Below, in pieces: positions 13,234 to 22,071 of a stretch of DNA of 64,000 nucleotides. Both the position numbers and the translations under genes were made by a program. Positions within the stretch are counted from its first letter, which is position 1. The number at the start of each line of letters is the position of its first letter. The stretch is from Macrostomum lignano. Its lineage: Eukaryota. The notes under the pieces are model-generated. The model worked only from the letters and a program-made list of their open reading frames with translations. It did not search any database and had not been told where the DNA came from. The stretch is from assembly GCA_002269645.1 (NCBI GenBank), contig NIVC01000019.1, positions 1,426,001-1,490,000 of the forward strand, written 5' to 3'.

Positions 13234-16200
13234 CTACCGCTGGGTAGACCGGCGGGCTCTCCGGCAGGTTGGCCGGCAGGTTGGCCGGCAGGCTCTCCGG
13301 CAGGCTGGCCGGCAGGCTGGCCGGCAGGCTGGCCGGCAGGCTGGCTGGCCGGCAGGCTGGCCGGCAGGCTTTCCGGCAGGCTGGCCGGCAGGTTGGCCGG
13401 CAGGTTGGCCGGCAGGCTCTCCGGCAGGCTCTCCGACCAGGGGCCGCAGCTGTGAGACGTGGCGCATGCAGGACTGTTCGCCGCGTTGCAGGACACACGT
13501 GTCTCCCTGGACCTGCTTGACTGTCCAAGGATGTGGCTCGAACGGCAGCTGCAGTTTGTTACGTGGCTGCTTCTTTCGCAGAACTTTGTTGCCGACTTTG
13601 ACGCCGTGCTCCTTGACACCCTTGCGATCATCGAAGCGCGCCTTCATGTCTTGGACATAGTTTCTGTGCCAGCTCTGCACCTCTTCATGGTTAACGTCGA
13701 TGAGCTGTGATGGTTTGATGGTCGGGATGCCGTCGTTCATAGTCCTGCCCATGAGTAGCTCAGCGGGTGCGCGGCCGGTCGCTCGATGTGGTGTCGTGCG
13801 GAACGCCAACAGCCAGTCCTCGATAGCCTCCCGCCAGTTACGACCTTCGGCCACTGCCGTCTGAATCACTTTCCCGATGCTGCGGTTGACTCGCTCCGTC
13901 GCTCCATTGGATTCTGGGTGTAGCGGGCAGATGAGGCGGTGGTGAATGCCGTACGAAGCGAGGAAGCTGCGGAAAGCTGCCGAGCTGAATGGCGGGCCGT
14001 TGTCGGTGACCACCTCAATCGGGACGCCGTATCTGCCGAACAGCCTCCGCAGGAGGGGGATCACGCTCTCCGCCGTCGTCGAGTTGAGAAAATTGACTTC
14101 TGGGTATTTTGAATACAAGTCGGTGGTGACCAGGAGCATCTGGCCCTGCACTGGGCCGTAGAAATCCATACCTAGTAGCAGCCAGGCACCGTCCGGAATA
14201 TCTGTCGGCCTCAATGGTGTCTGTCGCAATCCGTTGGCCGCAGCCTGGCACAGTGTGCAGCACTGGACGAAGAGCTCGCAGTCGCTGCGCATCCGAGGCC
14301 ACCACACCTTCGTCTGCAGGCGTTTAAGGGTGCGATCGGCGCCCAGATGACCGGTGTGTGCCAGTTGAAGGATCGGCCTGCGCAGCGACTCGGGGATGAC
14401 GATGAGGTCACCGCGGAGTAATACTCCGTCGCTTTCCGACAGTTCGCCGCTGATGGACTTGAAGGAGCGCTGGGCTGCCGCTCGCATGTCCCAGCGGCCG
14501 GTTCGAATCGCGTTCAGCGCCGCCTGGACGTCCCTGTCGGTGCGCGATGCTTCCCGAACCTGGTCGAGACTGAAGCCCTTTGGCACGGCCCCGGTCGACA
14601 CGGCGTTGATGAAGGCGGCGTCGAGCTCTTCACCTACATTCCGACGCCGCTCTGGCAGAGGCTGCCGACTCAGCAGGTCAGCCGGGTTGGTCGAGCCTGG
14701 CCGGTAGAGCAGGTTGAAGCGGAGATGCTGAATGCGCAGCGCCATTCGCTCGATCCGCGGTGGCGGACGGGAGCCAGGCTTGAAAAGCGGCACGAGCGGT
14801 CGGTGGTCCGTCACCACGGTGAAGTCTGGGTCGCCAGCCAGATAGTGCTCAAACTTGAGACACCCAAATTTGATGGCCAACGCCTCCCGCTCGATCTGCG
14901 CGTACCGCTGCTCCACCGGCGAGAGGGCTCTGCTGGCGTAGGCGACGGGTCTGCTGTTGCCGTCTGGCTGCCGCTGCGTGAGGATGGCGCCGAGGCCGAT
15001 CGGCGATGCGTCCACCAGGAGCTCCGTGTGCAGCCTGCGGTCGAAAAAGGCCAGCGTGTCCGCGTCTGAGAATGCCTTCTTGATGCCGTTAAACGCCGCT
15101 GTGTGTTTTTCTGTCCACTCCCAGGCTTGGCCCTTCTTCGTTAGCTGCCGGAGTGGGGCCGCGAGGTCAGCGAAGTTCGGGATGAACTTTGCCAGGAAGT
15201 TAGCGGTTCCCAGGAAAGAGCGGACGTCGGCCACGTTGGAGGGCTCTCGGAAGTTCTGCATGGCGTCAATTTTCTCGGTGGCCGGTTGCATGCCCCGGGC
15301 GGTCAGGCGCATCCCAAGAAACTCTACAGTCGGCCGGGCGAACCTGCACTTGTCCTGATTGAGGGTGATCCCGAACTCTCGGAGGCGCTGAAGGCAGGCG
15401 TCCAGCCTCTCATGGTGCTGCTTCAGGTCGGAGGCGTATACCACCACGTCGTCGTGCGCCCACCGGACGCCGTCGATGCCGCTGAGGATGCCAAGCATGA
15501 CTCGTTGAAGGATTTCCGAGGCATTTGTGAACCCCATGCTGAGCCTCTTGAGCCGCATCAGTCCGAGGGGCGTGCTGAAGGTGAAGAGGTGACGGCTGCT
15601 CTCGTGGACTGGGATCTGATAAAAAGCCTTCCGGATATCGAGTTCGCTGAACAGCTTGGCGTCTGCCATTTCCTCGGTGATTTCATCCAGCGTGGGGATT
15701 TGCTGCTTCTCTGGGATGACGAAAGCGTTGAGATCACGGAGGTCCTGGCAGATTCGAACGCCACCGTCGTCCTTGGGCACCACCACCATGCGTGACACCC
15801 AGGCGCTAGGACCTTTGACTGCCTCAATGATGCCCTGCTCCTCCAAAGCCTTGAGCTCGTCCACTACGGCCTCTTTCAGGTGCGCCGCCACACGTGAGGG
15901 CGCCTGGCAGACTGGAACAGCGTCATCGGACAGCTGGATCTGGACCTCTACACCCTTGATGCAGCCGATGCCGTTGAAGACTTCTTTGTGCCTCTGCAGG
16001 ATGGCCTTAAGCTGGGGGTCGCTATACTGCTCGGAGGGTGTGGTGTCGGCGATGGCGTTTATGTTTTGCGGCTTGGTAGCTTCAGGTCGCTGGATCTTCA
16101 GCACTCCTAGCTTGAATGCGGGCTGACGCCCCAGTATCGTCAGGCCGTCGCCGTCCATGATGTGGAAGGTCGCGGTTGTTCTGGCAGATCCCACTTGGAT

Positions 16201-17292
16201 GTCAAGATCGGCGGTACCCACAATCCTGAGAGGTGTCGGTACCCCGTAGGCGCGAACTTCGGCTCTTGTTGGGCGTGGGCTTGGCAGGCTGAGCGCTATG
16301 AAGGTGCCGAGACTCATGATACTGCAGCTGGCTCCGCTGTCAATCATCATGGGAAGCTGCCGGTTTGCCACCTGCACAGTCAGTGAGACGTCGGATGGGT
16401 ATTTGTCGCGGTTGTACAGCGCGAACACATCCTCGTTGACGGAGCCGTCGGCAGCTGTGAATACAGCATTGGTGCTGATTTGCTGCTGTGGGATCCGGCT
16501 GCTGTTTGACTGCCGAGGCTGACGGCAGGCAAGAGCGAGGTGATTGGGCTTGCCGCAGTTGTGGCAGATCTTGCCCTTGGCAGCGTCGCAGGTAGCGTGG
16601 CCTTTCTCGCCGCAGCGGTAGCAGGTGCGCTGCTGCTGGTCGCCGGGCCTGCTGGTCGTCTGAGCCGGGCCACGCCTGTTCGTTCTCACCTTGTCGCCCT
16701 TGGCAACGCTGGCCACGTGCGAGTCTGTCTTCTCCATCTCGGTGGCTTGTTCCTCTGCAGCCTCGAATGCCCTCGCCTTTCGCAAGGCCTCTTCCAGGCT
16801 GATGTTCGCCTCCTGAAGCAGCCGCCTGCGCAGCTTGTCAGAGCTGCAGGTTGCCACGAGCTGGTCTCTGATGAGCGAGTCCTTCAGCTGCTCGAAGTCG
16901 CACGGCTCTGCCGCAGTGCGCAGTCTGGCGTACCAGGACTCGATGGACTCTCCGGTGGCCTGGGTGCATAGGCGGAACTGATATCTGGCGAATACCATGT
17001 TCTTTCTTCCGTTGAAGAATGTCTTCAAAGCGTCCAGCGTCTGCTTGAGGGTGACTTGGCCGTCCTCTGTGGTCGCTGCAGGCTTGGCCTCCTCGCGGAT
17101 GATGTCGGCGATTTCCTTGCCTGCTGTGTAGCTGAGTAGTTTGCACTTTTGCTTCTCGTTGGTGATGCCTGATGCATCGATGAAGTCTTCAAAGCGGTCC
17201 GCCCATTGACTCCAGCGCTTGCCCGCGTTGTGTGGGTCTGCTGATACTGAGAATGGCTCAGGTGGGGGCAGTGAGAGAAAGTTGGCTGCCAT
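13234..17292 (-). CDS. Gypsy Gag-Pol polyprotein, single uninterrupted ORF
   Basis: Zinc-knuckle-like motifs CYRCGEKGHATC and CHNCGKPNHLALAC; protease IDSGAS; RT with AHDD; RNase H LLVDAS...DHRPL; integrase HHCC with D-D-E (MDFYG, VTDNG, ATERV). Order PR-RT-RH-INT. Likely start MAANFL at 17292. Confidence 0.95.
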   Translation of the reverse strand: MAANFLSLPPPEPFSVSADPHNAGKRWSQWADRFEDFIDASGITNEKQKCKLLSYTAGKEIADIIREEAKPAATTEDGQVTLKQTLDALKTFFNGRKNMVFARYQFRLCTQATGESIESWYARLRTAAEPCDFEQLKDSLIRDQLVATCSSDKLRRRLLQEANISLEEALRKARAFEAAEEQATEMEKTDSHVASVAKGDKVRTNRRGPAQTTSRPGDQQQRTCYRCGEKGHATCDAAKGKICHNCGKPNHLALACRQPRQSNSSRIPQQQISTNAVFTAADGSVNEDVFALYNRDKYPSDVSLTVQVANRQLPMMIDSGASCSIMSLGTFIALSLPSPRPTRAEVRAYGVPTPLRIVGTADLDIQVGSARTTATFHIMDGDGLTILGRQPAFKLGVLKIQRPEATKPQNINAIADTTPSEQYSDPQLKAILQRHKEVFNGIGCIKGVEVQIQLSDDAVPVCQAPSRVAAHLKEAVVDELKALEEQGIIEAVKGPSAWVSRMVVVPKDDGGVRICQDLRDLNAFVIPEKQQIPTLDEITEEMADAKLFSELDIRKAFYQIPVHESSRHLFTFSTPLGLMRLKRLSMGFTNASEILQRVMLGILSGIDGVRWAHDDVVVYASDLKQHHERLDACLQRLREFGITLNQDKCRFARPTVEFLGMRLTARGMQPATEKIDAMQNFREPSNVADVRSFLGTANFLAKFIPNFADLAAPLRQLTKKGQAWEWTEKHTAAFNGIKKAFSDADTLAFFDRRLHTELLVDASPIGLGAILTQRQPDGNSRPVAYASRALSPVEQRYAQIEREALAIKFGCLKFEHYLAGDPDFTVVTDHRPLVPLFKPGSRPPPRIERMALRIQHLRFNLLYRPGSTNPADLLSRQPLPERRRNVGEELDAAFINAVSTGAVPKGFSLDQVREASRTDRDVQAALNAIRTGRWDMRAAAQRSFKSISGELSESDGVLLRGDLIVIPESLRRPILQLAHTGHLGADRTLKRLQTKVWWPRMRSDCELFVQCCTLCQAAANGLRQTPLRPTDIPDGAWLLLGMDFYGPVQGQMLLVTTDLYSKYPEVNFLNSTTAESVIPLLRRLFGRYGVPIEVVTDNGPPFSSAAFRSFLASYGIHHRLICPLHPESNGATERVNRSIGKVIQTAVAEGRNWREAIEDWLLAFRTTPHRATGRAPAELLMGRTMNDGIPTIKPSQLIDVNHEEVQSWHRNYVQDMKARFDDRKGVKEHGVKVGNKVLRKKQPRNKLQLPFEPHPWTVKQVQGDTCVLQRGEQSCMRHVSQLRPLVGEPAGEPAGQPAGQPAGQPAGKPAGQPAGQPACRPACRPACRPACRRACRPTCRPTCRRARRSTQR
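13249..13432 (-). repeat. 12-bp tandem repeat encoding (PAGQ/PACR/PASL)n at the integrase C-terminus
   Basis: Repeated gccggcaggctg/gtt/ctct units within the 3' end of the pol ORF. Confidence 0.9.
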
Positions 17293-17463
17293 GATTTGTT
17301 TACCGCGCGGTAGGCGGCTTGCGACGCCACTGTAGAGAGCGAAGCCGAGAGAGAGAAAGTTATGTGCTGTGTGTAGCCGATAAAGCCTCAAGCTATTGTA
17401 GGCTCTGTGCGATCGATTTATATATTTAGCAGCGACCCTGCAGTTGAGACTGCAGCGTACATT

Positions 17464-17843
17464 GAGCCTCTTCATATCACCGATTCGAAAAACGGAACCG
17501 GTTCCGAACCAGTTCGACGCTCTTCATATTGATGGTTCGAAAAACAGAATCAGTTCCGGAACATGGTTCTGGTTCTAGAATATGGTTCGAGAAATTTTGT
17601 CGAACCGTTGTCATGTTTACACTTTAACAGTAAAATATATTTGAAATCGTCAATTTTTTATTATTGTTATATAATTATTCCTTTTCTGTCATATCCAATA
17701 GGAAACAAAGTCAAAGAACGACAAAATTAAATTGTAAAGACTGTCAAACATAAAATGGGTTCGAAGCTCCTCATTTCACACTGGTTCTGGTTCTAGAACT
17801 CGAATTTATTCTGGTTCTAGAACCGATTTTCGTGAAGAGGCTC
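17464..17843. mobile_element. 380-bp MITE (PIF/Harbinger-like) inserted in the Gypsy 5' LTR
   Basis: 11-bp TIRs GAGCCTCTTCA...TGAAGAGGCTC and a 3-bp TSD ATT; the uninterrupted site (cgtacattaaaaacag) is seen in the other LTR; subterminal GAACC/GGTTC repeats. The superfamily call is inferred from TSD length. Confidence 0.88.
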
Positions 17844-18364
17844 ATTAAAAACAGAAAGCCAAGAATATTGGATGTACATCGGAAATGCACACCAGGACTA
17901 AAAACACTTATTATGCAAGCACTGGGCAGCAGGTGCTTACAAGGACTAAAATGAGTCTCCAACTTAGTCATAAAATAAGGGAAAGAAGGCTCGGCTCGCT
18001 CCTGATGCATATTAATAAAATTGTTGATAGCTTGTCTTGGTGGTAAAAGTTAAAAAAAAGACTTGTTGTTCAACCCTATATTATGAAGGGATATTAACTA
18101 GTCTGTGGCAGCGAACTACCAAACACGAGTCTTTAGTAATGTAAGATTACTACTAGGCTTTCGAGTGCGATAATAGTCTTGGCTCGAGTGCGCGAAGCCA
18201 TACGAGCTAGACATTTACGCACGATAAAACTGAATGTTCGACGCATTGTACGAACGCGAAATTATTCTCTCTCGTGGCCATAGACATCCGTTATCTGCAC
18301 GCTTTTCGGGTATCAGCGATAGACATATATCTATATAACTTTAAGAGCGTTTGAAGTTTAAGAA

Positions 18365-18937
18365 GTGCCTAGAAATCACGCGATCTACAACTTGACCATG
18401 GAGCCACCGGCTAAGCGTGTCTACTATGTAGACTACAAGAAACTGCCAGGCGAAGCCATTTCTGGAATGTCATCATCAAAGATTGATATTCTCCTTCAAC
18501 AGCAAACCGAGGAGCGGTTTTTGGAAAAGCAAATGGACGAGCGTCTGGTCGAGCAACCGTCAAATGGAGATGGCGAGTTTGAGCTGCCCGAGGATATAGA
18601 CCTGGATGGCATGTTCAACTGCGTGCCTAGCGTTAAAGACCTCGAAAAACCTATCAACGACCTAGAAGACAGTGTCGCGAGTAACAATACCAGACGACAG
18701 ACGGATCAGTACGTCAAAAGGCTGTTGGCCTTCATGCAATCGAATCCGTCATTAAAAATTGACCTGCTGACGGCTGATCCGGAGGATGTCAACCGTTTGC
18801 TGCGAGTGTTCTACGGCACGGCTTGTAAGCCTGACGGCGGATTTTATTCACCAGCGTCGCTAATCTGCATTTGTGCGGCCTTGACACTCAACTTTCATGG
18901 AAACGTGAGTATGTGCACCTTAAATTTGCCAAAATGA
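18365..18937 (+). pseudogene. Truncated Crypton-like (tyrosine-recombinase transposon) N-terminal fragment
   Basis: SNNTRRQT...VNRLLRVFYGTACKPDGGFYSPASLICICAAL resembles the region preceding DUF3504 in CryptonA and ZMYM/KCTD1/KIAA1958-type proteins; a gtgagt donor follows at ~18906; no catalytic part seen nearby. Confidence 0.55.
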
Positions 18938-19532
18938 CAGTACCTTTTTTACAACTACTTTAAAATGGACAATACTGCGAAAGTGACGCAAGCCTCTCAT
19001 ACAGTTCTTTGCAGTTGTTTCGTTAAATTCTTATTAAAATATACACACTGACAAACCATGTTAAAGTTTTGCCATAGACATCAATTATTTGCACGCTTTT
19101 TTATTATCAGCACGCTTTTTGTATAGACTGACTATAGGATTTTACCATAGACAGGCGTTATCTGCACGCTCGAGCGTTGTACAATGGTAGTAGGGACCTA
19201 ACCTCTAATCCGCAGATCAGAACGACAAACATAAAACCAGTTGCCTGAACTGCATGGTTACCATAAGCAAACAACTAATCATGTGGTTGTGCGAGTGAGG
19301 GAGAGGGAGAAACAAATGCCAATGCCAATTTACATTACAGCTTTTTGGATATTTGCAATATTCAACTCAACCGGTACCGATGATGCATTCATTCAATTTG
19401 ATTCGGCAAATACATATATTTGCTCCGAGATGCGGTAGCATATTTAGTCAGGCATTTATCTCACGACTGCTTTGCTCCTGCCTAGCTTCATCAGCGCGAC
19501 ACAAACAGAATAGGACCCGTGGGCCAGGCAGA

Positions 19533-20792
19533 ATGCTGACTGTTGCCTCAGTCCTTCTCTGTCTTCTGACAGCTGCTTCGGCTGCTACTGACTTCGAAGC
19601 GGATCTGCAGCGATACCTGAAGAATATTCCTGGCTTCAGTCCTGCGCTGTACCCGAGAATCAACTCGACTACGAGTCGCAACAAGATGCTCGACGTATCC
19701 TTCAATGCCATGCTCAGCCACATCGTGTCGGTGGACACGGCTCAGCAGAGCATGACAGTGTCTCTGTTTTTGGAGACGACCAGAGAGGAAGAGCGGCTCG
19801 TGTGGAAGCCGGCCGATTTTGGCGGCATTAACTACACCCGATGGGACGCTTCCCTCATTTGGCATCCAGAAATAATGCTATACAACGGCAATGGCGCCGA
19901 GCAAGTCCTAGTGCCGTTCAGCCACGTTGGGCTGACTTCGGTCAACGATAATTTGACTTCGGTGAATACTAAATGGCGTCGGGAGTTCGAATTCTATTGC
20001 AAATATGTTATGGCTGATTTTCCATTTGATTATCACTCCTGTAACCTTTTGCTGTTCTTGAATGACATGGAATACCTAGGCTCTATTCGACCAGTGATCG
20101 CTAATCCGGAAATTCGGTACAATATCACTGCGATATACAGGGAGAGCAGCGAATGGATTCTGACTGAAGCCACTACCGAAGTTAAAAAAGAAGATTACTA
20201 CATTTTTGAGAACAAAATCTTTCCAATAAACGTTTATCATCTGACACTGAAGATAAAGCGCGTTTCGACGTATTACATAGTTAATGTGATCATTCCGCTA
20301 CTACTTCTGACTCTGCTGCAGTTGCTGCTGTACTTTGTGCCTCTTGACTCCGGCGAGAAGCTGGGCTTCGGTGTCACCATCATGCTCAGCTACACTGTGT
20401 TCCTGCTCCTGCTTGACGGAATTCTGCCGAAGTCGGAGGACATGCCGGCCATCGCCCTGTTCATCACGGCCGCCATGGTGTTGTCTACCGCGTCGCTGCT
20501 GCTGACGTCGCTGACCATGCGGTTCCACTTCGCGTCGCCGACCGCGCGCATGTCGGCCTGCGCTCGAGCGGTCTTCGTCCGATTCCTGGGCCGCCTGCTC
20601 TGCCTGAACCGGGTGGGCCCGTCGCTCGCCGACGGTTCAGCTCGAGACAAGCCGGAAGAAGTTGGCGATGCTCCGACTGAGTCGGACTGGGCCGTGGCGA
20701 CCCGAGCTGTCGAGAGAGTCCTGATGCTACTCGGAGTGACCGCCACTGCCGTCATCATTGGCGCGTTCTTGTTCCGGTCGTATCCGGCTTGA
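19533..20792 (+). CDS. Intronless Cys-loop ligand-gated ion channel subunit (non-alpha nAChR/5-HT3-like, cation-type pore), paralog A
   Basis: Signal peptide MLTVASVLLCLLTA; WHPEIMLYN; C-x13-C loop CKYVMADFPFDYHSC; M1-M4; M2 GEKLGFGVTIMLSYTVFLLLL; no vicinal CC in loop C; 419 aa in one ORF. Confidence 0.93.
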   Translation: MLTVASVLLCLLTAASAATDFEADLQRYLKNIPGFSPALYPRINSTTSRNKMLDVSFNAMLSHIVSVDTAQQSMTVSLFLETTREEERLVWKPADFGGINYTRWDASLIWHPEIMLYNGNGAEQVLVPFSHVGLTSVNDNLTSVNTKWRREFEFYCKYVMADFPFDYHSCNLLLFLNDMEYLGSIRPVIANPEIRYNITAIYRESSEWILTEATTEVKKEDYYIFENKIFPINVYHLTLKIKRVSTYYIVNVIIPLLLLTLLQLLLYFVPLDSGEKLGFGVTIMLSYTVFLLLLDGILPKSEDMPAIALFITAAMVLSTASLLLTSLTMRFHFASPTARMSACARAVFVRFLGRLLCLNRVGPSLADGSARDKPEEVGDAPTESDWAVATRAVERVLMLLGVTATAVIIGAFLFRSYPA

Positions 20793-20972
20793 AGCAGTGG
20801 CGGATCCAGAAGGATTGCTGAAATGGATGAAACATCTTTAAAAAATTTTCTTTAAATTTGCTACTTCTTTTTTGTTTATCTGTTCTTCTAGCACACTTCT
20901 CTTAGTTAGCAGTGCACCAGTTCTAATGTAATCCATAATGAACTAATGTAAAATGACTTTTGTACGTGCTAA

Positions 20973-21180
20973 AGCGTTCTTGTTCCGGTCGTATCCAGCA
21001 TGAAGCAGTGGCGGATCCAGAGGGATTGCTGAAATGGCTGAAACTTGTATTATTTTGTCTTAAAATTTGTTAAATCTCTCTTGTTTCTCTGCTATTTGTT
21101 CCGATTTGTTCATCCGTTCCTCTTTGTTCGCAGTGCACCAGTTTTAAAGTAACGCATAATTAACTGATTTTTAAGTACGA
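20973..21180 (+). repeat. Tandem duplicate of the last codons and 3' UTR of channel paralog A
   Basis: gcgttcttgttccggtcgtatcc..tgaagcagtggcggatccaga..ggattgctgaaatgg repeats 20762-20830, and similarity continues to gtgcaccagtt. Confidence 0.85.
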
Positions 21181-22071
21181 GCTAGCTCGTAAAATGGCAG
21201 ACTAGTAGAAGAGCACGTTACGCAGAGGGATTTCTTAAAAAATTTACGAACAAAACGGATTTATTTAAGGAAGTCCGATTCCGCATTGACCGTAGTACTC
21301 GTGCAATTTACACCACATTTGAGTCTCATTTCTACCATTTTAATCAAATTGAAACCACCGGCGAGAGAGAGAGGAAGAGTCTTGGCGGAATTGTAAGCGG
21401 CGACCCTAAACGTCTTGGCGTTGTCAATTAATTAGAGAGGCGATTCCTGGTTTCGCCACGAATCGGCGCAAGCCAAATACAGAATGACTTTTGCTGTCAT
21501 GTCCATGAGAAGTATCTAAGGTGTAACGTGAGAGGTGTACAGCACGAGTGTTAAGCAAGCAGGTAAACTGAGCATTGAGGATTGAAGTGTTTAGCTCGAC
21601 CGTCTGTTATGGGCGAATGTCAAAAAGTCCAAATTTTGAAAGAGGGGCTACGAGCTAGAGGCAAGTACTGACAGCCGTGCTGTTTAAGTACGTCCTCGGG
21701 AAATTTTTAAATGATTAATAACACACAGAATGACAGTCAAGCGCATCTTTGTAAGCTTTTATAGGTGTGAAAGCGAACAGCAAGGGGCACAGCGCGAGTT
21801 TCGCAAGCGAAGCATTCGCGTGAGAAATATCATCTGGAAAAGTCGGTATTCAAGGCCGTTTATTGTCTTCATTTTGTCTCTTGTCTGACAGAACGCTGTG
21901 ACATACTCGTAAAATGCTAAAACGTCATCAAGGTAGTTGCGAAGTAAAAAATAAAGTATTTCCGGTTTCATCTGATCATTTTTGCAGTGGTTCAATAATT
22001 TATTGCTTCTAATATATAGAGAGGTCGCTGGCTTCCTGAAGGACATGTTAGAATTTTCAGAGCCAGACAAA

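Larger units (their letters stand above)
12828..17941 (-). mobile_element. Full-length Ty3/Gypsy LTR retrotransposon (Mag-like)
   Basis: TG...CA LTRs at 12828-13055 and 17331-17941 (the latter split by a MITE); 5-bp TSD AGGAC at 12823-12827 and 17942-17946; PPT ggttggggagaat next to the 3' LTR; PBS TGGCGTCGC next to the 5' LTR. Confidence 0.97.

Noticed and set aside
21759-22071. Minus-strand ORF remnant (FRKPATSLYIRSNKLLNHC...) cut by the solo-LTR-like element
   Set aside because: AT-rich, with no family resemblance or splice support; the 240-aa ORF in the track is a chimera of LTR and flanking sequence.
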